Assembly (NCBI GenBank): GCA_001899335.1
Contig: MOYE01000004.1
Location: forward strand, 198,264-262,263
Direction of reading: 5' to 3'
Source: Candidatus Gastranaerophilus phascolarcticola
GTDB lineage: Bacteria > Cyanobacteriota > Vampirovibrionia > Gastranaerophilales > Gastranaerophilaceae
DNA: 64,000 bases
The notes beneath the pieces were generated by a model. That model made no database searches and had not been told where the DNA came from. It saw nothing but the letters and a program-made list of their open reading frames with translations. Of this stretch, positions 1 through 9,751 are shown one piece after another. The translations under genes and the position numbers were made by a program. Within the stretch, counting starts at the first letter, position 1. The number at the start of each line of letters is the position of its first letter.

Positions 1-447
1 ACCGTTGGTACCTGCGCGTTTTAACGAAATTTCTCCGTGGCATTCACCGCGTTCAACAGCCAAAATTTCGCCATTTTCGTCGAGTAGCGTCATTGCGCAG
101 ACAAATTTTGCGCGACGGTTGGTTTTGCCCTCCATTTCAGCGAGTAATTTTTCGATTTTTTCATCTTGAGTCGGCGCATAACGTGCAGAGTGCAAGCCCG
201 GGCGTCCGTCAAGTGCCTCAACGCAAAGTCCTGAATCGTCTGCAAGTGTCATCATGCCTGTAAGACGATTTGCCTCACGAGCCTTTATTAAAGAATTTGC
301 CTCAAAAGTTGTACCGTTTTCGTCAGGGTCGAACGGTTTTGGAGGTGTTGAAAAATCTATAAAGCCAGTATCGCCTGTGACGAGTTCTGTTATTTCTCTT
401 AATTCTTCTAATTTATGTGCATTTCCTGTTGCAAAAACTATTTTCAT
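1..447 (-). CDS. rdgB: dITP/XTP pyrophosphatase (Ham1/RdgB family), C-terminus beyond the window edge
   Basis: Runs off the left edge, so it is absent from the ORF track. My reverse-strand translation from ATG (447-445) reads MKIVFATGNAHKLEELREI...TLADDSGLCVEALDGRPGLHSARY...RRAKFVCAMTL, the Ham1/RdgB pattern. Its ATG overlaps the uppS stop (ATGA). Confidence 0.85.
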   Translation of the reverse strand, partial: MKIVFATGNAHKLEELREITELVTGDTGFIDFSTPPKPFDPDENGTTFEANSLIKAREANRLTGMMTLADDSGLCVEALDGRPGLHSARYAPTQDEKIEKLLAEMEGKTNRRAKFVCAMTLLDENGEILAVERGECHGEISLKRAGTNG

Positions 448-1163
448 TTTCCATATCTCCGTTGACGGTGTTGAAACTCTAAAATCGCCCCGGCAAGCTC
501 TTCTTTGCCGAAATCAGGCCAAAACTTTTGTAGGACAAGGATTTCTGAATAAGCTGCCTGCCACAAGAGGAAGTTTGAAATCCTTAGTTCCCCGCCTGTT
601 CTGATTAGAAGGTCAGGGTCCGGCATGCCGGCTGTGTAAAGGTTTTGGCTGATTAAATCCTCTGTAATTTCTTTTTCGCCACTGTCGATGATTTTTTGCA
701 ATGCGTGAGTTATTTCGGCGCGCGCACCGTAGTTGAACGCAATTTGAAGATTTACTCCGGTGTTGTTTTTAGTAACTTCAACAGCGTTTTTCAAAATCGC
801 CTGTAATTTTTCATTTAATTTAGTGGTGTCGCCGATAAAATTTATTACAACATTGTTGGCGTGCATTTCTGCAAGCTGATTTTTTAACGTTTCACCGAGC
901 AAATTCATTAAAAATTCAACTTCTTCAGGCTTACGGTTCCAGTTTTCGGTCGAAAACGCGTAAACCGTCAGGTATTTTACGCCGAAATCATCGCACGCAC
1001 GCATTGTTGCCTTGAGCGCGTCAACGCCCTTTTTGTGACCAACCATTGAGGGAAGATTTTTCTCTTTCGCCCAACGGCGGTTGCCGTCCATTATTATTGC
1101 TATATGTTTTAAACCGGTGGTTTCTACCACCTCTTTTATCTTTTCATCTTCCAGTGTCAGCAT
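444..1163 (-). CDS. uppS: undecaprenyl-diphosphate synthase (cis-prenyltransferase)
   Basis: 239 aa. Motifs HIAIIMDGNRRWA and RTGGELRISNFLLWQAAYSE are typical of UppS. Confidence 0.95.
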   Translation of the reverse strand: MLTLEDEKIKEVVETTGLKHIAIIMDGNRRWAKEKNLPSMVGHKKGVDALKATMRACDDFGVKYLTVYAFSTENWNRKPEEVEFLMNLLGETLKNQLAEMHANNVVINFIGDTTKLNEKLQAILKNAVEVTKNNTGVNLQIAFNYGARAEITHALQKIIDSGEKEITEDLISQNLYTAGMPDPDLLIRTGGELRISNFLLWQAAYSEILVLQKFWPDFGKEELAGAILEFQHRQRRYGK

Positions 1164-1164
1164 A

Positions 1165-1491
1165 TCACACCAAATGCTTTTCTATATTTCCGATAATAGT
1201 TGATTTTGGAACAAAGCCTACCATTCTTTCAAGCGCTTTTCCGTCTTTGAAAATTAAAACGCTCGGAAGCCCGCTGATAGAGTAATCTTTCGCAACTTTC
1301 ATATTTTCGTCTGTGTTGATTTTTACGAATTTAATTTTATCGCCGAATTCGTTTGCAACATCATCCAATAACGGTGAAAGTTTTCTGCAAGGCGCGCACC
1401 AGCTTGCCCAAAAATCTACCAGCACAGGAACATTTGAATTTAAAACTTCATCTTCAAATGTTAAGTCACTTATTTCAATAGCTTTAGCCAT
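1165..1491 (-). CDS. trxA: thioredoxin
   Basis: 108 aa with thioredoxin-fold pattern VLVDFWASWCAPCR. The active site is WCAPC, a variant of WCGPC. Directly upstream of uppS. Confidence 0.9.
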   Translation of the reverse strand: MAKAIEISDLTFEDEVLNSNVPVLVDFWASWCAPCRKLSPLLDDVANEFGDKIKFVKINTDENMKVAKDYSISGLPSVLIFKDGKALERMVGFVPKSTIIGNIEKHLV

Positions 1492-1573
1492 AATTGTCTC
1501 TCCTTTTGCAATAATTCTAACATAAATTTTGTTTTTGTGCTATGATTGGGTGGTAACCTAACAGGATATAAAA

Positions 1574-2500
1574 ATGGTGAGAAAAAAAGTAATCGAGATT
1601 GTTTTAGATACCGAAACTACGGGATTAGATTTTACAAGAGAGAGATTAGTAGAATTTGCGGCTGTAAGGCTTGAAAACGGAAAAATTAAAGATGAGTTTC
1701 AAACTCTGATTAACCCTGAACAGCATATAAGAAAATCAAGTATTGCAATACACGGTATTACGCAGGAAATGGTTGCGGACGCACCGACAGAAGCTGAAGC
1801 AATGCCTAAGATTATGGAATTTATCGGCGATTACCCGATAGTCGCTCATAACGCAATTTTCGACTATTCTTTTCTTAATGAGGCGTCTAAAAGAGTCTTT
1901 GGAAAAGAAATTGAAAATGCACGCATTGATTCACAACAAATGTTTAGGGAAGTATTTCCTGATTTGGAATCACACGGTCTTGATGCATTGAGCAAAAAGT
2001 TCTCTGTTGAACTTATTAACCACCACCGCGCAATGGCAGATACTATGGCGCTTGCGCTTTCTTACCCGAAACTTAAAAAACTTTTTAACCAAAAATTCGA
2101 TTGGGAAGTTAAACAGCTCGAAAATGTTGAGTATCTTTTTGAAAGATTTTTACGTATTCAAAATACAGTTACAACTTTGCAATCTGAATTGCAGGATTTG
2201 AAATCAGTTTTCAAAATCTACTTTGAACAAGGGGGAACCCCTATTGTTTCACAAACCGGTGAAACCTTGACCTACTCTTCAAAACAGTCATTCGGCTATG
2301 ATTTTGATAAGGTTAAGGACGTTCTTATTGAAGTGGGTGCGCTCTCAAAAGCAATCAAGCTTAACAACGGATTTTTAGACAGACTTGCAAACGGTCACGG
2401 ACTTACTGACGAACAGAAAGACATCCTTTGCAGTGCAAGATTTGAAGTATCAGAAAATAGAAACATACAAGTTATAAAGGCGAACAATTATGGCAAATAG
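1574..2500 (+). CDS. DnaQ-like DEDDh 3'-5' exonuclease (DNA pol III epsilon family) with an unassigned C-terminal region
   Basis: 308 aa. Exo motifs LDTETTGLD, AHNAIFDYSFL and HRAMADTMA lie in the first ~170 aa. The last ~130 aa have no motif I recognise. Confidence 0.8.
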   Translation: MVRKKVIEIVLDTETTGLDFTRERLVEFAAVRLENGKIKDEFQTLINPEQHIRKSSIAIHGITQEMVADAPTEAEAMPKIMEFIGDYPIVAHNAIFDYSFLNEASKRVFGKEIENARIDSQQMFREVFPDLESHGLDALSKKFSVELINHHRAMADTMALALSYPKLKKLFNQKFDWEVKQLENVEYLFERFLRIQNTVTTLQSELQDLKSVFKIYFEQGGTPIVSQTGETLTYSSKQSFGYDFDKVKDVLIEVGALSKAIKLNNGFLDRLANGHGLTDEQKDILCSARFEVSENRNIQVIKANNYGK

Positions 2501-3866
2501 ATTTTTTGAATTTTTTAAAGAACCACCGTCACAGCCTGTTATTGAAGACAGCGCAAAAGTTGACAAAATGTATGCGCATTGGCGTTTAAGAATTTTTTAC
2601 GCGTGCTTCATCGGCTACACAGTATTTTATCTTTGTAAGAAAAACATCGCTGTAGCACTTCCGGGCTTGAGTGAAGAATTTAACTTTACCAACACCGAAC
2701 TCGGTTTACTGGGCAGCTCGCTTTACTTAACTTACGGTATTGGTAAGTTTGTAAACGGCGTATTGGCAGACGGTTCTGACGTTAGAAAATTTCTCCCTAC
2801 AGCATTGATTATGACAGCGCTTGCAAACCTTTGCTTTGCGCTTTCAGCTGTTTTCATTACGCCGGGTGAATTTACATTCTTCGGACTTCCTACAAACACA
2901 ATTATCTTATGGCTGTTTGTATTCTTCTGGGGCGCAAGCGGATGGTTTCAATCAGCAGGGTTTCCGGCAGTAGCAAAAAGTTTGACCTACTGGTATTCAA
3001 ACTCTGAACGCGGTACAAAATGGTCGCTCTGGTCTTGCTCTCACCAAATGGGTACATTCTTGAGCGTAATCATTTGCGGCTATCTTGTTGCACACTTTGG
3101 CTGGAGAATGGCATTCTTCGTACCGGGCATTTTTGCAATCCTTGTTGCGGTATGGCTTTACAACAGATTAAGAGATAAACCGCAATCACTGGGACTTCCT
3201 GATATCGAATCTTACAGAGAAGAAAATGCTGTTAAAAAAGATGCCGGTTGTGAAGTTGATAACAGAACTTACTTAGAAGTTTTCAAAGAAAACATTTTAT
3301 TTAATAAAACAATTTGGCTCTTGGCAATTGCTTATGTATTCGTTTACGTAATCAGATTTGGCGCTGAAGACTGGATGATTAAATACTTGAGCGAAGCAAA
3401 AGCTAACAGTATTGAACTTGCAGCATCAAAATTGAGTGTTCTGCCGCTTGTAGGTATTGCGGGAACAATTTGTGCAGGCTTAATCTCCGACAAAGTTTTC
3501 AAAGGCAAACGTGCACCTGTTAACTTGATTTATCTTGTTGGTGTTGTAGTTTGTTTGGTATTGTTGAAATTCAACACAATCAGCGCGCTCGACTTTGTTC
3601 TGATTGGCTTGCTGGGTGCATTTACTTACGGTCCTCAAATGATGATTGGCGGACTTTGCGCAGTAGAAAGCAGCTCTAAAAAAGTTGCATCCGCTGCAAC
3701 AGGTTTCACCGGAACCTTTGGTTACGTAGGTGCAGTACTGTCAGCGACCGGAACGGGCTTTATGGTTGACCACTTCGGCTGGAACGGCGCACTGACATTC
3801 TGGATTGCATCTGCAGCAATATGTATTGTGATTTGCGCAATGCTTTGGCAGAATGAAAAGAAATAG
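2490..3866 (+). CDS. MFS transporter, organophosphate:phosphate antiporter family (GlpT/UhpC-like)
   Basis: 458 aa and polytopic. The N-terminal pattern WRLRIFYACFIGYTVFYLCKKN and overall layout resemble GlpT/UhpC/PgtP. Overlaps the previous gene by 11 nt. Confidence 0.75.
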   Translation: MANRFFEFFKEPPSQPVIEDSAKVDKMYAHWRLRIFYACFIGYTVFYLCKKNIAVALPGLSEEFNFTNTELGLLGSSLYLTYGIGKFVNGVLADGSDVRKFLPTALIMTALANLCFALSAVFITPGEFTFFGLPTNTIILWLFVFFWGASGWFQSAGFPAVAKSLTYWYSNSERGTKWSLWSCSHQMGTFLSVIICGYLVAHFGWRMAFFVPGIFAILVAVWLYNRLRDKPQSLGLPDIESYREENAVKKDAGCEVDNRTYLEVFKENILFNKTIWLLAIAYVFVYVIRFGAEDWMIKYLSEAKANSIELAASKLSVLPLVGIAGTICAGLISDKVFKGKRAPVNLIYLVGVVVCLVLLKFNTISALDFVLIGLLGAFTYGPQMMIGGLCAVESSSKKVASAATGFTGTFGYVGAVLSATGTGFMVDHFGWNGALTFWIASAAICIVICAMLWQNEKK

Positions 3867-3870
3867 TTTA

Positions 3871-3897
3871 AAAGGGCGGGTTTTAAACCCGCCCTTT
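3871..3897. terminator. bidirectional intrinsic terminator between convergent genes
   Basis: AAAGGGCGGGTTTTAAACCCGCCCTTT is a GC-rich perfect hairpin flanked by A/T runs. It sits between the MFS stop (3866) and the LysM gene stop (3898). Confidence 0.85.
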
Positions 3898-5250
3898 TTA
3901 TATCTTTTCACCTTTGTCATTGAAGTATAGAATTTTTCCATCGGATGAATGCAGAGTATAATATTTTGTTCCATTCTCATCTGCTTCAAGTGCAGGGAAT
4001 TGTACAATTCTGAACCCGTTTTCACTTTTTTCAATTTTATTATTCACAAAGTTATCTGCATTAACTTCTTCACTTACAAACGCTTTATAAAGATCTGTTT
4101 CTTGTAATGGCTTATTGACAGTTTTAAATTTACCGTCTTCGCCTTTGACAACAGTTGACGCTTTATCAAAATTGTTACCCAACATTTTCTTGAGTATATC
4201 TGCAGCTGATGTATCACGCGGACTGATGTTAGCTCCCATATTTAATTGAACATCTAAACGTGTCGCTTTTGTGTCATCATTTAAAGTTTCGCTCATAAAT
4301 GCATTGACATTATTCGCAAAGAAATTTGATTTTAGACCATCATTGGTTTCAACCGGTTTGCTATTTATATAAAACTTACCAGTATTTAAAACTTTGTCAT
4401 TATTATCTGTTCTGACAAGAAATTTTTCATTTTGCAAATCAGGAGCAGCAATTGCTGTCTGTTCGGGATTTATATCAGGGACAGCGGCGGGCTGTATCGG
4501 TGAACTACTTTTTATAACGCCATTTTCAAACTCAACCTGTTTTCCCTTAGCGTCAAAATACAGCGTATCTTTCTCACCTTGAAGTGTAAAATATCTTGTG
4601 CCTTTTGAATCAATTTCCACCGCCGGAAGTTGAACTTTGTTACCGCTTTCTCCGCGTGGAAGAAGGGTATTATTTTCACCGCTAAAATTGTCGCCGTTAA
4701 CATCTTCACTGATAAATGCTTTATATAAGTCAGTTTTTTCAAGCCATTCGTTTTTTGTCTTTAGTTTGCCGTCTTCATCCTGTATAACGGTAGTATTATT
4801 ATCTAAGTGATCGCCTAAAACTTTATTTAAAATGCTATATGGAGTATTGTTGTCTTTTCGGGTCATAGTTTTTCCGGCTTGCATTTCTACAACTATTTTA
4901 GTTGCCGGGTTTTCGTCATTAATGGTTACTTCACTTAATGCAGCCAGATTGTTTGCAAAGAAGTTTGATTTAATATCTTTACCGCCAGCTTGTGTGATTT
5001 CTTCGCCGCCAACAGTTACCTTACCAAGGTTCATATTGTTCGGACTGTAATCCTCCTTTTGTACAAAAGGTTTGTTATCCTCTAAAATAAGTTTGTGACC
5101 TGTGACGATTAAATTAGGATCTTTTATTTGAGGATTTAGTTTCAAAATTTCATTAATTGTCGTACTATTGTTTCGCGCAATTTTTGTAAGATTGTCACCA
5201 CGATTAATCTCATACACAACTTTGTTGCCATTCACACCATTTGTACCCAT
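3898..5250 (-). CDS. LysM domain protein with two copies of an uncharacterised ~165-aa module
   Basis: 450 aa. N-terminal LysM: YEINRGDNLTKIARNNSTTINEILKLNPQIKDPNLIVTGHKLIL. Two internal repeats follow, each starting KSNFFANN and containing TDLYKAF(I/V)SE(D/E)VN. I see no signal peptide. Confidence 0.8.
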   Translation of the reverse strand: MGTNGVNGNKVVYEINRGDNLTKIARNNSTTINEILKLNPQIKDPNLIVTGHKLILEDNKPFVQKEDYSPNNMNLGKVTVGGEEITQAGGKDIKSNFFANNLAALSEVTINDENPATKIVVEMQAGKTMTRKDNNTPYSILNKVLGDHLDNNTTVIQDEDGKLKTKNEWLEKTDLYKAFISEDVNGDNFSGENNTLLPRGESGNKVQLPAVEIDSKGTRYFTLQGEKDTLYFDAKGKQVEFENGVIKSSSPIQPAAVPDINPEQTAIAAPDLQNEKFLVRTDNNDKVLNTGKFYINSKPVETNDGLKSNFFANNVNAFMSETLNDDTKATRLDVQLNMGANISPRDTSAADILKKMLGNNFDKASTVVKGEDGKFKTVNKPLQETDLYKAFVSEEVNADNFVNNKIEKSENGFRIVQFPALEADENGTKYYTLHSSDGKILYFNDKGEKI

Positions 5251-5310
5251 TATAAACTCCTTTTACTTTTTGAATTATATTTTTTATCGGAATTTTTTGA
5301 AAAAACTTTA

Positions 5311-5340
5311 ATAAAAAAAAACTCTATCAGATGATAGAGC
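5311..5340 (-). terminator. intrinsic terminator (minus strand) after the comF operon
   Basis: On the minus strand, CTCTATCAtcTGATAGAG (perfect 8-bp stem) is followed by a run of 9 T. Confidence 0.8.
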
Positions 5341-5543
5341 TTTGGAATCTTGTTTAATTCCTCATGTGTGTGTAGAAGGTTAGTGTGTAGTAGGTAGTGT
5401 GTGTTAGTTTTATAATCTCGTGTTATTTAATGCTTTGTTGTTTTGTTTGACTTACGTCTTACATATTGATAAAGTATTTTTGTTGTATATAATTGCTATA
5501 TACCTTTTATTTCTTTACAATTTGTTACAAAACATCTGAGGAA

Positions 5544-5828
5544 TTATATTGTTTTTGCTAACACGTAATGTTCGTAGCTCAGTGCGTAATTATAAAGGGC
5601 GTTTATAAGCACCCTGCCGCTTTCTGATTTCCCGATTATTAAATATTCGTTGTATTTATTTTGCGCTAATGTTATTTCTGAATGGATAATCTTTTCTACA
5701 TTCGTTTTAGGGTTTTTCGACATAATAAATCTAATCCACTCCGCCAAAATGTTTACAGCAGTGGACTTGTTGCTGATTATTTCATCGTTTTTTGTCTGTA
5801 TATATTTTGAAAATTCTTGTAATATCAT
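5544..5828 (-). CDS. hypothetical protein (94 aa)
   Basis: The ORF start overlaps the comF stop (ATGA), suggesting translational coupling. No recognisable motif. Confidence 0.45.
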   Translation of the reverse strand: MILQEFSKYIQTKNDEIISNKSTAVNILAEWIRFIMSKNPKTNVEKIIHSEITLAQNKYNEYLIIGKSESGRVLINALYNYALSYEHYVLAKTI

Positions 5829-6469
5829 GGGTTTGGTGTCGTTGTTGCAAAACAGGTGATGTCATTGATTCCTGCATTTTTAAGTGTCCTAATCATCTCG
5901 GCAAAGGTTGAGCCTGTTGTGCAAATGTCGTCTATAATCAATATTCTACCACAGTTATATGCATTTTTATTCACTTTAAACGCGTTGTGTAAGTTTTCCG
6001 CGCGCTCTGCAGGTGATAATTTATATTGGGGTTTTGTGTTTTTCACGCGGGTGATAAGTTTTGTGTTAAGTGTATAACCCGAAAGTCTGCAAAATTCTTC
6101 GGCAACAAGTATCATATGATTGTAGCGGCGTTTGTATTCACGGTCTTTGTGAAGCGGAACCGGTACAACCTCAAAGCCACTTTCGTCAGTAATATTTTGC
6201 CAGTATTCCCACATAAATTTTGCCTGATAAAAAGCCAGGTCGCGTTGGTTGTGGTATTTAAGCCCGCGGATAAGTTTCTGCAAATTCTTGTCATAAACCC
6301 CTGCGACATAAACGCTTACGCCGTCCAGGGCAAGGCGTTTGCCGAAGTTCAGAAATTCAAGGCTGTCGTAGCATTTGGAACACATTTTGACGCTTTCGTC
6401 AGAACGGCGGCAAAAGTAGCATTTCTTTTTATAAATCCAATCAAGAAGTCCTATAAAAAATGTCTTCAT
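5825..6469 (-). CDS. comF: ComF-family phosphoribosyltransferase-domain protein
   Basis: 214 aa. N-terminal Cys4 pattern CYFCRR...CSKCYDSL and C-terminal PRTase motif ILIIDDICTTGSTF. Confidence 0.85.
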   Translation of the reverse strand: MKTFFIGLLDWIYKKKCYFCRRSDESVKMCSKCYDSLEFLNFGKRLALDGVSVYVAGVYDKNLQKLIRGLKYHNQRDLAFYQAKFMWEYWQNITDESGFEVVPVPLHKDREYKRRYNHMILVAEEFCRLSGYTLNTKLITRVKNTKPQYKLSPAERAENLHNAFKVNKNAYNCGRILIIDDICTTGSTFAEMIRTLKNAGINDITCFATTTPNP

Positions 6470-6475
6470 GGCAGC

Positions 6476-9400
6476 CTAGTCCATACTGAAGATTTCTTTA
6501 ATGTCGTCCATCGTAAGCGATTTGGTGATGTTTCTGTCTACCGAAATTACGCTGTCAACAAGGTTCCGTTTAAACATTTTGAGTTTTTGAATTTTTTCTT
6601 CAACCGTATTTTTCGTGATAAGACGGTAAACAAAAACTTTTTTCGTTTGTCCGATACGATAAGCACGGTCTGTTGCCTGGTCTTCAACGGCAGGGTTCCA
6701 CCAAGGGTCGTAGTGGATTACATAATCCGCGCCTGTGAGGTTCAAACCTGTACCGCCGGCTTTCAAGCTGACAAGGAATATCGGAATGTGCGGATTGTTG
6801 TTGAATTTCTCAACTGCGCCCTGACGGTCTTTTGTCTTACCGGTGAGGTATGAGTACGGGATTCCGGCACGGTCAAGCCAATCCTTAACAATATCAAGCA
6901 TTTCGACAAATTGGCTGAACAACAGTACGCGGTGTTTTTCAGAGATAATTTCTTCAAGCATAACTTTGAGTTTTTCAAATTTACCTGATGACATAATGTG
7001 TTTAACATTGTCTTTGTCGTAAAGTCTCGGGTGACAGCAGATTTGACGTAAACGAAGTAATGCAGAGAAGATTGAAAGTCTACTTTTTTCCAAACCGTTT
7101 TGTTCGATAGATTTGAAAAGTTCTTCTTTTGTGCTGTCGAGAACCTGTAAGTAAAAATCCCTTTGTTCGTCTGTAAGCTCGCAGTATGCAATGTTTTCGA
7201 CTTTATCCGGCAAGTCTTTCGCAACGTCGCGTTTCATACGGCGCAGGATGAACGGATAGATTTGAAGTTTAAGACGTTTTTCAACGATTTTGTCAGCGCG
7301 TTCCATAATAGGGTTGACATAACGATAGTTGAATTCGTGCATATCGAACAGAAAGCCCGGCATAAGAAAGTCAAATACAGACCAAAGTTCTTCAAGTTTG
7401 TTCTCGATAGGTGTACCTGAAAGCGCCAATTTGTGGGTTGATTGAAGTTTTTTGACCGCTTGCGCTGTTTGTGAACCCGCATTTTTGATGTTTTGGGATT
7501 CATCAAGGATTATGTAACGGAAGTTGTGTTCTTTAAGTTTTTCAATATCGCGGCGAACTAGTGCGTAACTTGTTATTACGATGTCGTATTCAGGAATTTT
7601 TTTGAATAAGGCTTTACGCTCGGTTCCGGAAATTTTCAGACAAGTCAGTTCCGGTGCGAATTTTTGAATTTCGGATTCCCAGTTGAAAACTACGGTTGTC
7701 GGGCAGATAACAAGTGTCGGCATAGGACCGTCAACGTCTTTTGCTTTTTGAATAACCGTGAGTGCTTGAAGTGTTTTACCAAGACCCATATCATCCGCGA
7801 GAATGCCGTTAAGTCCGTATTTGTACATAAACCACAGCCAGCCAAAACCTTTTTGTTGGTATTCACGAAATTCAGCATTAATTGCTTTTGGAAGTTCTGT
7901 TGAATCCGCGGTTGAGAAGCTGGACATTTGTGACCAAAATTCTTCAAATTCTTTACTTAAAATTGTTTCAACGTTTAGGTTTTTAAGTTCATTAATTAAA
8001 CCTGCGCGGTATGTTTTTACGATGAATTTGTTTTCATCGTTGCGGAAAACGTCAAACGAGTTGAATGCGCGCATAAGTCCGTAAATATCCTGTGCGGGAT
8101 ACTCGACAAACCCTAAACTTCTGATACGGCTGTATTTTTCACCGCCCTGAATTGTGTCGTACATTTCGTCAAAGTTAACGATTTCCTCGCCTGCGCGACC
8201 GTAAAGGTAGATTTCAAATGAGTCTTTTGTCTCTTTACTGAAATCAATGTCGGCGCAAAGTTTGAACGGATCGTCAAGGATTTTGAAGAAATTCATGTCA
8301 TCTTTTTCAATGAATTTCCAGCCTTCGCCTGCTTGTTTGATGTGATAGTTATAAAAATCAATTGCGTTTTCTTTTTCGAGTGCAAGGTTGTTTGTCTGCA
8401 TCGGAACAAAACGGCAGGCAAGTAGCATATTGTATGCCTCTTGTTCGTGTTTTATGTTACGTTTAATCCAGTAAACCAAATCTTCGTTAGGTTTTTTGAT
8501 TGTAATGTACGGAACCTTTTCGCCTGTAGTTTTTGAGTACGGAACACGAACACCATCGTATTCAAATTCCAGTGATGCTTTTAGAGATTGGTCGTAATCT
8601 ATACCAAGGGTTACAACATTGAGCGGCGGACGCTCTTCAAGCATTAATTTTGAAATATTTTCCGCGATATTAACTTTCATAATCTGCTGGATTTCAGGAA
8701 GATCTTCGTGGATAAATTTTCCGCCTTCAGCGTCTTTTAGTTCGGTGAAAGATGCTTTAATAATATTTGCCGGCAGCGCTTGCATTGCAATATTTGTCGG
8801 GAAAATAATGTTTTTATAACGACCCCATTTGAGGTGTTTTGAGAAATAACGGACTTCTTCAAACGGATAAATTTCATCTTTGCCCGGGCGTTCCCATTCA
8901 AGTGACAAAAGAAGTGTGCCGCTCTGACCGGTGTTGACGGTTAGCGAAAGTTCCCATTCTTCGTCTGTAAATTTGAGTCGTTCTTTGGTTTTTTCGTCCA
9001 AAACTTCATCCGCTTTTGCGAGAAGTGAGAACATAGGACCGAATTTTGTGATTGGAATATCATACCAGCCGGCTTTTTTATCCTGACGGGCGATAGTTAA
9101 AAGCTGTTGGAAAATTGCGACTTCAACTTTTTGTGCGTTATTCAGTTCAAAATCAGGATTTTGACGTTGGGTTTCAATAAGCGCACGTAAAATACTTTCG
9201 ATTTGGCGTACGATTTTGCCGGTTTCTCTTGAGCGGACAAGGATTGAAAAGAAGTTAACTTTTCTTTTTGAGTTGAAGTGGAAAATATAACTTCCGGTCG
9301 GCTCTTCTGTTAAAGCAGTGTTTTCATCAGGGTAATCAGTTTCAATACCGTATTTTGTCTCTAACCAGTCTTCATAGGCGTGTTCGTTAATAGCCTTGAG

Positions 9401-9748
9401 CGCAACGGCAACAGCGTGTTTACACCATTCATCTTTAAGAGGACAGTTGCAGCGTGCCTCTACTTTATTCTTTTTGAATATCAGGTCTGTATTATACGAT
9501 GCCTGGAAATTTCCTTTAACTTTACCCATATAAAAGTTTTTTTCGGGATATGATTCCATAACCATATCTTTAGTGTAAAGTTCATAACCTCTGCGCCAAG
9601 CGCCGGCACCAGCTTTTTCTTTTACAAATTTATAATTAAATTCTTCAGTCGCCATATCTTCCCTTGCCCCGGGGTAATCTGCTATATGAAAAATTTCCAT
9701 AATACTCGGGGTTACCCATATTATGCCATAACCGTGAAAAAAAAGCAA
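6476..9748 (-). CDS. SNF2-family helicase with N-terminal SWIM zinc finger
   Basis: 1090 aa. SWIM finger CNCPLKDEWCKHAVAV. SNF2 motifs DDMGLGKT, LDESQNIKN and QATDRAYRIGQ. The true start may be an internal Met (MEIFHIA or MATEEF). Confidence 0.9.
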   Translation of the reverse strand: MLFFHGYGIIWVTPSIMEIFHIADYPGAREDMATEEFNYKFVKEKAGAGAWRRGYELYTKDMVMESYPEKNFYMGKVKGNFQASYNTDLIFKKNKVEARCNCPLKDEWCKHAVAVALKAINEHAYEDWLETKYGIETDYPDENTALTEEPTGSYIFHFNSKRKVNFFSILVRSRETGKIVRQIESILRALIETQRQNPDFELNNAQKVEVAIFQQLLTIARQDKKAGWYDIPITKFGPMFSLLAKADEVLDEKTKERLKFTDEEWELSLTVNTGQSGTLLLSLEWERPGKDEIYPFEEVRYFSKHLKWGRYKNIIFPTNIAMQALPANIIKASFTELKDAEGGKFIHEDLPEIQQIMKVNIAENISKLMLEERPPLNVVTLGIDYDQSLKASLEFEYDGVRVPYSKTTGEKVPYITIKKPNEDLVYWIKRNIKHEQEAYNMLLACRFVPMQTNNLALEKENAIDFYNYHIKQAGEGWKFIEKDDMNFFKILDDPFKLCADIDFSKETKDSFEIYLYGRAGEEIVNFDEMYDTIQGGEKYSRIRSLGFVEYPAQDIYGLMRAFNSFDVFRNDENKFIVKTYRAGLINELKNLNVETILSKEFEEFWSQMSSFSTADSTELPKAINAEFREYQQKGFGWLWFMYKYGLNGILADDMGLGKTLQALTVIQKAKDVDGPMPTLVICPTTVVFNWESEIQKFAPELTCLKISGTERKALFKKIPEYDIVITSYALVRRDIEKLKEHNFRYIILDESQNIKNAGSQTAQAVKKLQSTHKLALSGTPIENKLEELWSVFDFLMPGFLFDMHEFNYRYVNPIMERADKIVEKRLKLQIYPFILRRMKRDVAKDLPDKVENIAYCELTDEQRDFYLQVLDSTKEELFKSIEQNGLEKSRLSIFSALLRLRQICCHPRLYDKDNVKHIMSSGKFEKLKVMLEEIISEKHRVLLFSQFVEMLDIVKDWLDRAGIPYSYLTGKTKDRQGAVEKFNNNPHIPIFLVSLKAGGTGLNLTGADYVIHYDPWWNPAVEDQATDRAYRIGQTKKVFVYRLITKNTVEEKIQKLKMFKRNLVDSVISVDRNITKSLTMDDIKEIFSMD

Positions 9749-9751
9749 GTG

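Noticed and set aside
1165-1491. Thioredoxin with WCAPC instead of WCGPC as an unusual redox protein.
   Set aside because: This is a single conservative substitution in an otherwise standard thioredoxin in a housekeeping context. It is not enough to call unusual.
6026-6853. A 275-aa plus-strand ORF, together with many other 60-150-aa ORFs in the track (e.g. 6763-7224, 7163-7420, 17011-17346, 25529-25909, 45205-46053, 53467-53880, 62020-62469).
   Set aside because: They lie antisense or out of frame within long genes that have clear family motifs. Their translations are low-complexity or compositionally odd. I treat them as shadow ORFs.
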